Positions 37,150 to 46,060 are shown, numbered from the stretch's first letter. The stretch: 64,000 nt of DNA from an uncultured Dehalococcoidia bacterium (GCA_964422735.1 CAYRCD010000002.1:11817-75816); one strand, 5' to 3'. Numbers and translations are program-made. Notes: generated from the letters alone by a model not told the origin.

Positions 37150-37387
37150 GCGAGTCCTCCTTGATAGGAATATCTTTGCCGCGCACAAATAGCGGTCATC
37201 CGTCCCTGTGTCAAGCGGAGGCGCCCTCACCCCCTGACCCCCTCTCCCACAAAGGGAGAGGGGAACCGTCGTCTCAGGTTCCTGGCGTCAAAGTGGCCTA
37301 GGCGGGGCCCGGCCTCCCTTCCCCCCTTGTGGGGGAAGGGTTGGGGATGGGGGTAAAGCGTCGCATAATCGAGGGAGGTATACCGGC

Positions 37388-37678
37388 ATGGCCATACGTC
37401 AGGTGATCACGTTCAGGACGCGTCCGGGCGGAGGGCTCGATTTCGCCGAGGGGTTCGCGGCGATCATCGAAGCGGTGAGGAAGGAGCCCGGCTGCCTGCA
37501 ATACGAGCTGTTTCAGAGCCGCGACGACCCGGACAGACTGGTGATGGTCGAGCTCTGGCAGAGCCAGCTCTCGCTCGACAGGGCTCTCGCGCGCTATGCC
37601 CCTACCCCCGGCGACCCCCTACCGGCCTTCTTCGCTTATCTCGAAGGCCCGCCGTTAAGGGAGCGTTATGAGGTCTGA
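37388..37678 (+). CDS. antibiotic-biosynthesis-monooxygenase (ABM) domain protein
   Basis: 96 aa, ferredoxin-like ABM fold signature: VITFRTRPG...EPGCLQYELFQS...ELWQSQ. Confidence 0.75.
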   Translation: MAIRQVITFRTRPGGGLDFAEGFAAIIEAVRKEPGCLQYELFQSRDDPDRLVMVELWQSQLSLDRALARYAPTPGDPLPAFFAYLEGPPLRERYEV

Positions 37679-37889
37679 GACGGCCATGGCCGCGTTGGCG
37701 GAGGGATTGGACCGCGAGCCGGCTGCGCTCTTGACTTGACTCCTATGTAAAGACGCTCTTCGGGAGGCACGCCACGACGGCGATATCGTAAGGGGGCGTG
37801 TTGATGTCCCGGGCTATGTAGCGACGCCCGATGCCCAATCGGTACAGGTGGCGACCGTTCGCGTCGTTGCCTAGGGAACTCCTGCACGC

Positions 37890-38276
37890 TTATAGAGGAC
37901 CCGACACCAGCTCTCGTCTCTGCGACAGCTGCCCGAGTCGTTCCGACACGGCGGCGATCAGGAACGTGTTCAGACTGACGCGTTCCCTCTCCGCGGCTTC
38001 CACGGCCCGACGATGCGTGCTACGGGGCATTCGCAGGACAACGCGCCCGCTGTAGTCCGTTTCCGCTTCCGGCTCTGGAATCGGCAGCCCACTCTCGATT
38101 GCGCCCTCCAGCCAACTTTCTGCTGCGCTTTCAAGGCTTTCGTAAGCCTCCGTGGGGGTATCGCCTTGGGCAATGCACCCCGGAAACTCGGCGATCATGG
38201 CTGTGAAGGTCGCGCTCTCAGCGTCCGGGATGAGGACGCGTCGATAAGGTCGGCGCAAGATGTCGCTAATTTCCAC
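37890..38276 (-). CDS. hicB: HicB-family antitoxin with C-terminal ribbon-helix-helix
   Basis: 128 aa: UPF0150 N-terminal domain (FTAMIAEFPGCIAQGDTPTEAYESLESAAESWLE) plus RHH (RVVLRMPRSTHRRAVEAAERERVSLNTFLIAAV). Confidence 0.7.
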   Translation of the reverse strand: MEISDILRRPYRRVLIPDAESATFTAMIAEFPGCIAQGDTPTEAYESLESAAESWLEGAIESGLPIPEPEAETDYSGRVVLRMPRSTHRRAVEAAERERVSLNTFLIAAVSERLGQLSQRRELVSGPL

Positions 38277-38517
38277 GGGTCAACTCCTCCTCGCGATCAA
38301 GGTCCGTTTCAAGCTGGTCGAGAATGCCTTCTAGCGTGAACCTGTTGAGCATTCGGTGCCCGGGCTTGTCGTAGCGCGGATGCCCACCCTTCTTAGGCCG
38401 AAATGCCCAACCCATGCTCACCGCCAGCTTCTCTACCTCGCCGCGTTTGACATTGGCGGAGCGACGGCGAAGTTCAGCGAGCTCATCGCGGGATCGCCCG
38501 ATCTCGTCTGCCGTCAT
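38266..38517 (-). CDS. hicA: HicA-family toxin (putative)
   Basis: ORF 38266..38571 trimmed to MTADEIG at 38517. KRGEVEKLAVSMGWAFRPKKGGHPRYDKPGH resembles the HicA dsRBD-like core. 11-nt overlap with the downstream hicB. Confidence 0.5.
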   Translation of the reverse strand: MTADEIGRSRDELAELRRRSANVKRGEVEKLAVSMGWAFRPKKGGHPRYDKPGHRMLNRFTLEGILDQLETDLDREEELTRGN

Positions 38518-38651
38518 AGTACTGAATATAGTATCACGCCGGGGCGGTGTCAAGGGCAGCCAAGTTTGCAAATGGCGACCCCGCTTGACGAGATCGCCGG
38601 TGTCTGGGCGGCTGATGTGGCTGACAAAACGTTGGCGGGTGAAGGGGGGCG

Positions 38652-39080
38652 TTATTGAGCGGGCATCGCTCCGACTTGCTGGAGAAATCCCAACTGGTCG
38701 AAGGCTACCCAGTGCTCGGCGGCCTTGCCGTTCTCAATTCTCCAGATGTTCAAGGCTTCGAAATCCACCTCGCGGCCCGAGGCCGGTATCGCGCCTGCCG
38801 GTCCCACCAGGCTTCCCGTGTGCCTGCCGTGCAGCCTTAGCCGGACTGCGACCCGGTTGCCGGCGGCAAAAGCATCCTGAACGTCGTGCTTCAAGTCTGG
38901 AATCGCGACATAGAAGCTGCCGGCGAAGGCCTTCATCCCCTCTCGGTCGAGGGGCGGCGAGCCGGGCAGGTGCACCACGTAGCTGACGGCGGCGACGTCA
39001 TCGAGCACATTCATGTTCTTGCTCTTGTCCATGGACGCGAAGATCCGCCGGACCAGCGCTTCGTTGTCTTGACTGGACAT
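38652..39080 (-). CDS. SnoaL-like / ester-cyclase (NTF2-like superfamily) protein
   Basis: ORF 38652..39209 trimmed to ATG 39080 (GGAGGAGG RBS). NTF2-like cyclase signature. Confidence 0.7.
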   Translation of the reverse strand: MSSQDNEALVRRIFASMDKSKNMNVLDDVAAVSYVVHLPGSPPLDREGMKAFAGSFYVAIPDLKHDVQDAFAAGNRVAVRLRLHGRHTGSLVGPAGAIPASGREVDFEALNIWRIENGKAAEHWVAFDQLGFLQQVGAMPAQ

Positions 39081-39181
39081 GCTGGTGGTCCTCCTCCAGG
39101 GCAGGCCCTTACGCCGCCCCAGATCCGCCGGCCTGACTGCATCGGTCGCGGCCGGCCTGCGCTTTGCGCTCTGCACTGCGT

Positions 39182-39271
39182 TGGCGGAGGGGGTGGGATT
39201 CGAACCCACGGTGGACCGAAGCCCACGGCAGTTTTCAAGACTGCTGCATTAAACCGCTCTGCCACCCCTCC
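39182..39271 (-). tRNA. tRNA-Ser (anticodon UGA), 90 nt including encoded CCA
   Basis: Minus-strand RNA GGAGGGGUGGCAGAGCGGUUUAAUGCAGCAGUCUUGAAAACUGCCGUGGGCUUCGGUCCACCGUGGGUUCGAAUCCCACCCCCUCCGCCA. Long variable arm (class II). Anticodon loop CU-UGA-AA. T-loop GGUUCGAAUCC. Confidence 0.85.
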
Positions 39272-39424
39272 GACATAGAGCATAGGGCATAGGCAAAGTC
39301 CAGAGGGCAAAGGGTAGAGGGCAAAGTGCATGGGGCATAGGCACAGGGCAGAGGGCATGCTCCCTACCATCTGGTCTATCCTCTATGCTCTAGGCACTTT
39401 GCTCTAGGCTCTCGGAGGGGTGCA

Positions 39425-40249
39425 ATGGCAATCGTCGAGACCGAGCGCGGCGATGGGATCATGGTGGTCCGGATGAACCGGGAGGAGCGGCTGAACGCGC
39501 TCGGCGCCGAGCTGCGGGCGGCCCTCGCGGAGGCGTGGTGCGAGTTTCGCGACAGCCGCGACGTGGAGGTGGCGATCTTTACCGGCACCGGCCGCGCCTT
39601 CTGCGCCGGCGAGGACATGAAGGAGACGGTCGAGCGCGGCGCCATCCCCAACACGGCGCGAAGGCGGCCCCAGCCCGGTAATCCGTACGACGCCGGCACC
39701 CTCGACAAGCCCGTGATCGCCGCGATCAACGGCTACGCCATGGGCGGCGGCTTCATGCAGGCCGAGCAGGCCGACCTGCGCCTCGCCGTCCGCGGGGCGG
39801 TCTTCGAAATGTCCGAGGCCAAGCGCTGGCTCCTCGGCGGCTTCAATCACGGCCTCGTCGGCGGTCTTTCGCACGCGGTGGCGACCGAGATGGCGTTCGC
39901 CTTCCGTTTCAGCGCTGAACGGTTATACCAGCTCGGTTGGTTGAACCGCCTGGTCGACGAGGGGGAGTTGATGCCCGCCGCGCGCGAGATGGCAGCCCAC
40001 CTGCTCACGCTCTCGCCCGCTTCCCGCGTGAACACGCTCGCGATGATGCGCGCGATGCGGCCGCGCGTCTCCGATGAGCTCGAGCAGCTCGCCGATCGCC
40101 TGCGCGAGCACGGCGCAAAGGAGGACCTGCTGGAGTCGCGCCGGGCGTTCGCGGAAAAGCGTCCGCCGCGCTTCAAGGGCTGGGACGACGCCGAGGACCG
40201 CTCTCGGACGCCGACGCTGGAGTCGATCCGGCAAGAACGCCCGGGGTGA
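39425..40249 (+). CDS. enoyl-CoA hydratase/isomerase (crotonase) family protein
   Basis: 274 aa: crotonase fold with oxyanion-hole segments (IAAINGYAMGGG, FCAGEDMK). Confidence 0.85.
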   Translation: MAIVETERGDGIMVVRMNREERLNALGAELRAALAEAWCEFRDSRDVEVAIFTGTGRAFCAGEDMKETVERGAIPNTARRRPQPGNPYDAGTLDKPVIAAINGYAMGGGFMQAEQADLRLAVRGAVFEMSEAKRWLLGGFNHGLVGGLSHAVATEMAFAFRFSAERLYQLGWLNRLVDEGELMPAAREMAAHLLTLSPASRVNTLAMMRAMRPRVSDELEQLADRLREHGAKEDLLESRRAFAEKRPPRFKGWDDAEDRSRTPTLESIRQERPG

Positions 40250-40268
40250 GGCGTAAAGGCGCCAGTCC

Positions 40269-40412
40269 GTCAACAAGGTGCACGGGGCCGGCGGTTACAC
40301 GCGCTTCCAGGCCGACGGCACCATGATCTCGGTCACGCTCAGCCTCTCCGTCCACGCGCGCCGCCACGGCCAGTGGGGCAGCATCGGCGGCGCCGGCAAC
40401 ACCATCCACTAG
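40269..40412 (+). pseudogene. C-terminal fragment (47 codons) of a paralog of the 36109..37149 hypothetical protein
   Basis: VNKVHGAGGYTRFQADGTMISVTLSLSVHARRHGQWGSIGGAGNTIH* aligns to VDKAHTFGGYVRFTAESRITSETHSLGIMTLKNGRWGSAGGIGVMMFH of the full-length gene. Frame opens right after the crotonase stop, with no start codon. Confidence 0.5.
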
Positions 40413-40588
40413 GACGCGGCGAACGACGACGAACGCTAGTGCCGCCCGCAACCTTGGCCCGAGATTGCCACGGCCGCTGAGGCGGCCTCGCAAACACAGG
40501 ATGGGGTAGGGGGAAGGGCCGGGATGGCGCGCCCTTCGGCGCCCTTCTCCGGAGCCGGCGCCGAGCCGCCCGGGGCCGTAGGCTCGTG

Positions 40589-40618
40589 TTGACAGCCGGG
40601 GCGGGGCGGGGCTAGGTT
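40589..40618 (+). promoter_or_regulatory. candidate sigma-70-type promoter for the DinB-family gene
   Basis: TTGACA (40589-94), 18-nt G-tract spacer (GCCGGGGCGGGGCGGGGC), TAGGTT (40613-18). GAAGGAG RBS 7 nt before ATG 40654. Confidence 0.35.
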
Positions 40619-40653
40619 GACGAACGCCCCGCCGTCGAGCGAAGGAGATCAAG

Positions 40654-41184
40654 ATGAGCGTCGTCCAGTTCCTCAAGCAGTCGGTCACCTTCATCCACCA
40701 GGGCTTCACGGGCGCGGGCGCGGGCCTGAGCGTCGAGCAGCTACACTTCTCCCCCGACGGCGACAGCCATCCGATCGCCTGGATCGTCTGGCACGGCGCG
40801 CGCATCGAGGACTTCTTTGTGCAGCAGGTCTTCCAGGGCAAGCCCCAACTCTGGGACGAGGGCGGTTGGGCCGCGAAGACCGGGCTGCCCGAGAAAGGCA
40901 TCGGCACCGGCCAGGCGACCGACGACGCCAAGGCCGTCCGGATCAAGGATCTCGACGCCTTCCGCGAGTACGCCGGCGCCGTCGCGGCCCGCACCGACGC
41001 CTTCCTCGACGGCCTCAGCGACGACGACCTCGCCCGCGAGGTCGCCCTGGGTCAGCGCGTCGAGAGACTGGGGGAGGCCATCTCGCTCCACTTCGTTACC
41101 CACCTGAACGGCCATCGCGGCGAGGTGAACACGCTTCGGGGGATCATGGGCTTCCCGCCCGTGATGCTCAACCGCGGCGGGTGA
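40654..41184 (+). CDS. DinB/YfiT-like (DinB_2) metal-dependent hydrolase-fold protein
   Basis: 176 aa: His triad pattern (HQGFTGAG...WHGARIEDFF...HLNGHRGE) typical of the DinB_2/MDMPI family. Confidence 0.75.
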   Translation: MSVVQFLKQSVTFIHQGFTGAGAGLSVEQLHFSPDGDSHPIAWIVWHGARIEDFFVQQVFQGKPQLWDEGGWAAKTGLPEKGIGTGQATDDAKAVRIKDLDAFREYAGAVAARTDAFLDGLSDDDLAREVALGQRVERLGEAISLHFVTHLNGHRGEVNTLRGIMGFPPVMLNRGG

Positions 41185-41231
41185 GGGCCCGTAGCCGAGG
41201 CCAGCCCCGCCACAGCGTTGATGCTCCTCGC

Positions 41232-42002
41232 TCAAGCATGATTGGAGATCGCGCCGTCGACGACCACGACCTCTGAGTCCGTGAAGCCGGCGGCGTCGGA
41301 GCAGAGGTAGACGAGGGCGCCCTGGAGGTCCTCGGGGCGGCCCAGGCGCTTGAGGGGGATGTAGCGCTGGAGGATGCCGTGCATCTGCTCGTCGGCCTGG
41401 ATGCCGGGGACGCCTTCGTAAAAGCCGATGCCCAGGGCGTTGACGGTGACGCCGCCACGGCCCCACTCCAGCCCGAGCGACTTCGTGAAGCCGACGAGGG
41501 CGCCCTGGGAGGCGGCGAAGATCGCGGCGTTGGGCACGCCGCGATCGGCGAGGATGCTGACGAGGTTCACGACCCGGCCAAAGCCGCGCTCGAGCATGCG
41601 TCGGCCGACGGCCTGGGTGACGACGAAGGCCGAGGTGGCGTTGCGGGAGAGCTCGCGCTCCCAGTCGGGAAGTGAAGCCTCGAGGACGGGCATGATGTTG
41701 GCCTCGTGGCCGGCGTTGACCAGGATATGGATGGGACCGCTCGCGGCTTCGATCGCCGCGACGGCCGGTTCGACCGCGGCCGGGTCGGTCAGGTCGACAC
41801 GCGCGAGGCTGCCCTTGCGCCCCAGGGCGCGGCAGGCCTCGAGAATGGCCGAAGCCTCTCGCTCCTCGGCCTTCGACGCGTGCAGCGTGGTGACCGATAC
41901 GTCGGCGCCGGCCTCGGCGAGGCCGAGGGCGAGCGCGCGGGCCAGGGGTCCAATGGACGCGGTGACGAGCGCGTGGCGCCCTTCGAGGCTGAATACTGGC
42001 AT
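41232..42002 (-). CDS. SDR-family oxidoreductase
   Basis: ORF 41232..42074 trimmed to ATG 42002 (GGAGG RBS). NAG, YxxxK region, glycine-rich N-terminus. Confidence 0.85.
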   Translation of the reverse strand: MPVFSLEGRHALVTASIGPLARALALGLAEAGADVSVTTLHASKAEEREASAILEACRALGRKGSLARVDLTDPAAVEPAVAAIEAASGPIHILVNAGHEANIMPVLEASLPDWERELSRNATSAFVVTQAVGRRMLERGFGRVVNLVSILADRGVPNAAIFAASQGALVGFTKSLGLEWGRGGVTVNALGIGFYEGVPGIQADEQMHGILQRYIPLKRLGRPEDLQGALVYLCSDAAGFTDSEVVVVDGAISNHA

Positions 42003-42007
42003 TATGT

Positions 42008-42802
42008 CTAGTCCTCCGCCCGCGGGAAGATGCCGGCGGGCGTGACGCCGCCGGCGATGGCGCCACCGTCGCAAAGCACCGTCTCGCCCGACATGTAGTC
42101 CGAGGCGTCGGAGGCCAGGAAGAGGGCGAGGGCGCCGATGTCTTCGGGCCGGCCGACACGGCCGATCGGCTGGAGGCCGCCGCGCTGCTCGGCCTGCTCG
42201 GGCGTGATCCGGTACGGGATGCTGCCCGGTGCGATGCAGGTGCAGCGGATGTTGTCCTGGGCATAGGTCATCGCCAGCGCCTTCGTCAGCTGGATGACGC
42301 CGCCCTTGGCGACCGAGTACATGAAGTTGCCGCGGCCGCCGCGCATGCCCCAGCCCGAGGTGACGTTAATGATGCGGCCGCCGCCCGACTCGAGGAAGTG
42401 GGGGATGATGGCGCGCGAGCAGAAGAAGGCGGTCGTGAGGTTGATGTCCATACCCTCGCGCCAGTCCTCGTCCGTCAGCTCGGGCAGGGCCTTGCCCCGC
42501 CCGGCGCCGCCGCCGCCGGCGTTGTTGATCAGGATGTGGATGCGGCCGCACTCGCGCAGTGAAGTAGCGACCATCGCCTTGACCTGGGCGGAGTCGGTCG
42601 CGTCGGTGAGTACGACCAGGAAACGCCGCCCCTTCGCTTCGACCATCGCCCGCGTCTCTTCCAGGGGCTCGCGCCGGCGGGCGGCGCCGACGATGTCGCA
42701 GCCGGCGTCAGCCATAGCCAGCGACATCGCCCGGCCCAGGCCCGTCCCCGCGCCCGTGATTATGGCCGTCCTGCCGCTGAGGTTGAACTTGTCCAGGATC
42801 AT
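42008..42802 (-). CDS. SDR-family oxidoreductase (glucose-1-dehydrogenase/FabG-like)
   Basis: 264 aa: TGAGTGLG, NNAG, YSVAKGGV. Confidence 0.85.
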   Translation of the reverse strand: MILDKFNLSGRTAIITGAGTGLGRAMSLAMADAGCDIVGAARRREPLEETRAMVEAKGRRFLVVLTDATDSAQVKAMVATSLRECGRIHILINNAGGGGAGRGKALPELTDEDWREGMDINLTTAFFCSRAIIPHFLESGGGRIINVTSGWGMRGGRGNFMYSVAKGGVIQLTKALAMTYAQDNIRCTCIAPGSIPYRITPEQAEQRGGLQPIGRVGRPEDIGALALFLASDASDYMSGETVLCDGGAIAGGVTPAGIFPRAED

Positions 42803-42943
42803 CGCCCCGCCCTCCTCTGGTGACGGGCATTGTAACCCGTTCCCGAGAGGCGGCCGGATCGCCGGCTTCTGCCCAGCGCCCGGAGCCGCCGCGGGGCCTG
42901 CAACGGGACTCCCGGGCCTGGCCTGCGGCGAGAGGTTAGGACC

Positions 42944-43360
42944 TCAGGGCGCGGGGCGCGTCCAGACTCGGCCTGTACCGGGAAGCTCAGCGATCTCGTA
43001 GATCCCGTTCGGGTTGGTGAGATTGAGCAGGAAGTGCAGAGTCATGTTGCCCTCAGCGCCGGTGTCGAGGCAGCGGAAATGGAAGTTGGCGACCATGTGG
43101 GTTGGGTCAGTGAGGTGCCCTTCACCCTTGGCCTTCACGGGGTGCCCGGGACAGAAGACGTGGTCCTGTACGTCATGAATGCGGAGCTTGAAGTGGCGGC
43201 CGTCGGGCTTGATGTTCATGCGACCCAGGGGCAGAGAAGGGGCGAGGTGGATGATCGTCCAGTGACCCACCCAGGGGCTCGCGGCCTCGGCACGGCCCGC
43301 GAAAGACGGCAGCGCGAGGGCGCAGCCGATCAGGAGCAATGCGGCAACAAGACGCTTCAT
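42944..43360 (-). CDS. secreted hypothetical protein (signal peptide)
   Basis: 138 aa: MKRLVAALLLIGCALALPSFAGRAEA signal. His-rich mature region. Confidence 0.55.
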   Translation of the reverse strand: MKRLVAALLLIGCALALPSFAGRAEAASPWVGHWTIIHLAPSLPLGRMNIKPDGRHFKLRIHDVQDHVFCPGHPVKAKGEGHLTDPTHMVANFHFRCLDTGAEGNMTLHFLLNLTNPNGIYEIAELPGTGRVWTRPAP

Positions 43361-43691
43361 GTTAGGACCTCCTCAGGGATGCCGTTCACTACCCTGAAAC
43401 GAACGCCGGAAAGAATTCTTGCACAACCAACGCCAGGCCTGCCCGGTTGCCCGACTGCCGGATTGCGACGCCGCCCCGCCCGAGCACGGCTCGGAACAGC
43501 AGGATGCGGTCGCGCTCGTCGATGAGGAGAACCCGCGCCGCCGGGCCGCGGGATGGGTTCGCGATCGGTCACGAAGGCAATTGTCGCACGGCCCGGCGGG
43601 GCCATCCCGCCCGCGTTCCGTGTGATCGCGGCGGGATGCTAAACTTCCGAGCGTTCCCCTTCTCACCCGCTGAGGCCCGGAGGAGGTCCCG

Positions 43692-44852
43692 TTGAAGGTC
43701 CACGAGTATCAGGCGAAGGAGCTTCTGGCCCAGTATGGGGTGCCCGTGCCGCGCGGCCGCGTCGCCGGCACGCCGGCGGAGGCGCGACAGATCGCCGTCG
43801 AGCTGGGCGGACCGACCGTGGTCAAGGCCCAGATCCACGCCGGCGGACGGGGCAAGGGCGGCGGCATCAAGCCCGCCGCCAACCCGGACGAGGCAGAGGC
43901 GGCGGCGCAGCAGATTATCGGCATGACCCTCGTGACCCCCCAGACCGGACCGGAGGGCCGCGTGGTCCGCCGCGTCCTGGTCGAGGAGCAGACCACGATC
44001 GAGCGCGAGCTGTACCTGGCCGTCCTCATCGACGGCAGCATCGGCGGGCCGGTCCTGATCGCCTCCGCGGCCGGCGGCATGGAGATCGAGGACATCGCCG
44101 CGCGAACGCCCGAGGCGATCCACCGCGTCGCGGTCGACCCCTCGGCCGGCTTCCAGCCTTACCTCGGCCGTGAGCTGGCTTTCGCCCTCGGCCTCGGGGG
44201 CGACCTCCTGCGTCCGGCGACCAACCTCATGACGGGCCTCTACCGCTTCTTTGTCGAGAAGGACTGCTCGCTGGCCGAGATCAACCCCCTGGTCGTGACC
44301 AGAGACGGCCGCGTGCTCGCGCTCGACGCGAAGCTCAACTTCGACGACAACGCCTTGTTCCGGCACCCGGAGATCACCGCGCTGCGCGACGTCGACGAGG
44401 AAGACCCGCTCGAAGTGAAAGCTCAGTCTGAGGGCATCAGCAACTACGTGAAGCTCGACGGCAACATCGGTTGCGTCGTCAACGGGGCCGGTCTGGCGAT
44501 GGCCACGATGGACGCGATCAAGCTGGCCGGGGGCAATCCCGCGAACTTTCTCGATATCGGCACCGTCAACGATCCGTCCCGCGTCGTGAACGCCTTCGGC
44601 ATCATCACTGCCGACCCCAATGTGAGGGCAATCCTGATCAACATCTTCGGTGGCATGGCCCGCGTCGATGTAATCGCTGAAGGAATTATCGCGGCTCACA
44701 AGGAGATGAGGGTCGGCGTCCCGGTCGTCGCCCGCCTCGCAGGCACGAACCTCGAAGAAGGCGTGCGCCTCCTGAACGCCTCCGGGCTCACGGTCGAGCG
44801 CGCCGAAGACCTGGGCGAGGCCGCGCGCAAGGCCGTCGCGGCGGCGGGGTAA
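43692..44852 (+). CDS. sucC: succinate--CoA ligase [ADP-forming] subunit beta
   Basis: 386 aa, TTG start after GGAGGAGG. MKVHEYQAKELLAQYGVPVPRG and the ATP-grasp fold. Confidence 0.9.
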   Translation: MKVHEYQAKELLAQYGVPVPRGRVAGTPAEARQIAVELGGPTVVKAQIHAGGRGKGGGIKPAANPDEAEAAAQQIIGMTLVTPQTGPEGRVVRRVLVEEQTTIERELYLAVLIDGSIGGPVLIASAAGGMEIEDIAARTPEAIHRVAVDPSAGFQPYLGRELAFALGLGGDLLRPATNLMTGLYRFFVEKDCSLAEINPLVVTRDGRVLALDAKLNFDDNALFRHPEITALRDVDEEDPLEVKAQSEGISNYVKLDGNIGCVVNGAGLAMATMDAIKLAGGNPANFLDIGTVNDPSRVVNAFGIITADPNVRAILINIFGGMARVDVIAEGIIAAHKEMRVGVPVVARLAGTNLEEGVRLLNASGLTVERAEDLGEAARKAVAAAG

Positions 44853-44879
44853 GGGCGAAGTAGGCGCTACACTGGAAAT

Positions 44880-45620
44880 ATGGTTGCGCTGAAGGAACTT
44901 CCGCCGGCCCTTCACGGGGCGACGAGGACCGCGGCGAAAGCGAAGACTCACTTTGCTCGGGCCTCCTCGCTGTTCGAGCAGGGATTACTTCTCGCAGCGG
45001 CCGAGGAGTACAGCGTCGCCCTCGACGTCGTGCCCAGGGATGTGGCGCTCCTCAACAACCGAGGAACGGCTTATGCGTGGCTCGGCATGCTCGATCAGGC
45101 GCTCCGGGATTTCGAGGAAGCACTCAGCATAGATCCCAACGACGGCGTGCTCTGGATGAACCGTGGTTTGACACTTATCAAGGCAGGTAGGGTCGACGAG
45201 GCGCTCGGGAACTTCGCCAGGGCCCTCGAGACAGGAGCGGTCGATAGGTTTGCGGTTCTGATGAGTCGCGGAATCGCGCTCGTGGAGGCCGGTCAACAGG
45301 AGGATGGGCTCGCCGACTTTCTCGAAGCGAGCGCTCTACAGCCTGAGCGACCGGAGCCCGTCTACAATGCGGCGGTTGCTCTCCTCGCCCTCGGCCGGCA
45401 CAAGGACGCGGTCGCGGAAATCGACAAGCTGTTATTGCTGAGGCCGGATGTCACGGATGCCGCCAAGTTGCGCCGCGACATTCTCGATTCACAGCTTCGC
45501 CGGCTCGCTCGCCGCGGCCTCATTTCGTGGTCTGGCGGCAAGCCGTCTTTCCCCAAGGAACGAGTCCAACTGACCCCAGGGGCGCCGATTTCCCAGTGGA
45601 TCATCGAAAACAGGCGATGA
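44880..45620 (+). CDS. tetratricopeptide-repeat protein inserted between sucC and sucD
   Basis: 246 aa with 4-5 TPR units (AYAWLGMLDQALRDFEEALSIDPND..). Stop overlaps the next gene start (ATGA at 45617). Confidence 0.7.
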   Translation: MVALKELPPALHGATRTAAKAKTHFARASSLFEQGLLLAAAEEYSVALDVVPRDVALLNNRGTAYAWLGMLDQALRDFEEALSIDPNDGVLWMNRGLTLIKAGRVDEALGNFARALETGAVDRFAVLMSRGIALVEAGQQEDGLADFLEASALQPERPEPVYNAAVALLALGRHKDAVAEIDKLLLLRPDVTDAAKLRRDILDSQLRRLARRGLISWSGGKPSFPKERVQLTPGAPISQWIIENRR

Positions 45621-46060
45621 TCCTGTACATGGACTCTAGTGACATCTTCAAGCTCTATGTCGAGGAACCCGATTCGCCTCGGGTAGATACAAACGTTGGC
45701 CTCGCCGATCGATTTGCGTCGTCGCATCTCGCCTACGCTGAAATGAGGGCGGCCCTCGCGGCCGCGTTCCGTGGAAACCGGATTGCGCGCTCTGGCCGTG
45801 TTATCACGGATCCGGACTACCGGTCTATCGTCTCTGCTTTCGAAAGTGCGTGGCGCGCATTCATCAAGATCCGGATTTCCAATCCCATTCTGCGGTCGGC
45901 CGGTCAACTCGCCGAGCGACATTCCCTCTCCGGGGGTGACGCGATCCATCTGTCTTCCGTACTTCGGCTCAGGGACGTCGTTCCAGAAGAAGTTAGGGTC
46001 TCTGTAGCTGACGGGCGCGTAAAGACGGGTGCAATTGCAGAGGGCTTAGTCGTCATCTAG
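45617..46060 (+). CDS. PIN-domain (VapC-like) nuclease, translationally coupled to the TPR protein
   Basis: ORF 45527..46060 trimmed to MILYMDSSDIF at 45617. PIN acidic residues (D6, E, GGDAIHL D104). Confidence 0.7.
   Translation: MILYMDSSDIFKLYVEEPDSPRVDTNVGLADRFASSHLAYAEMRAALAAAFRGNRIARSGRVITDPDYRSIVSAFESAWRAFIKIRISNPILRSAGQLAERHSLSGGDAIHLSSVLRLRDVVPEEVRVSVADGRVKTGAIAEGLVVI

Noticed and set aside
39272-39424. Possible CRISPR-like or tandem array from the AGGGCA/CAAAG repeats
   Set aside because: Repeats are short (9-18 nt), irregularly spaced and partly inverted, with no uniform spacers. More consistent with operator arrays or a degraded inverted-repeat element.
38600-39450. Integrase or att direct repeat next to tRNA-Ser
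   Set aside because: No recombinase-like ORF in either direction within the window, and no obvious duplicate of the tRNA 3' end could be located by eye.
43419-43625. 68-aa ORF inside the sucC upstream region
   Set aside because: No RBS, and it overlaps the repeat structure. Treated as non-coding.
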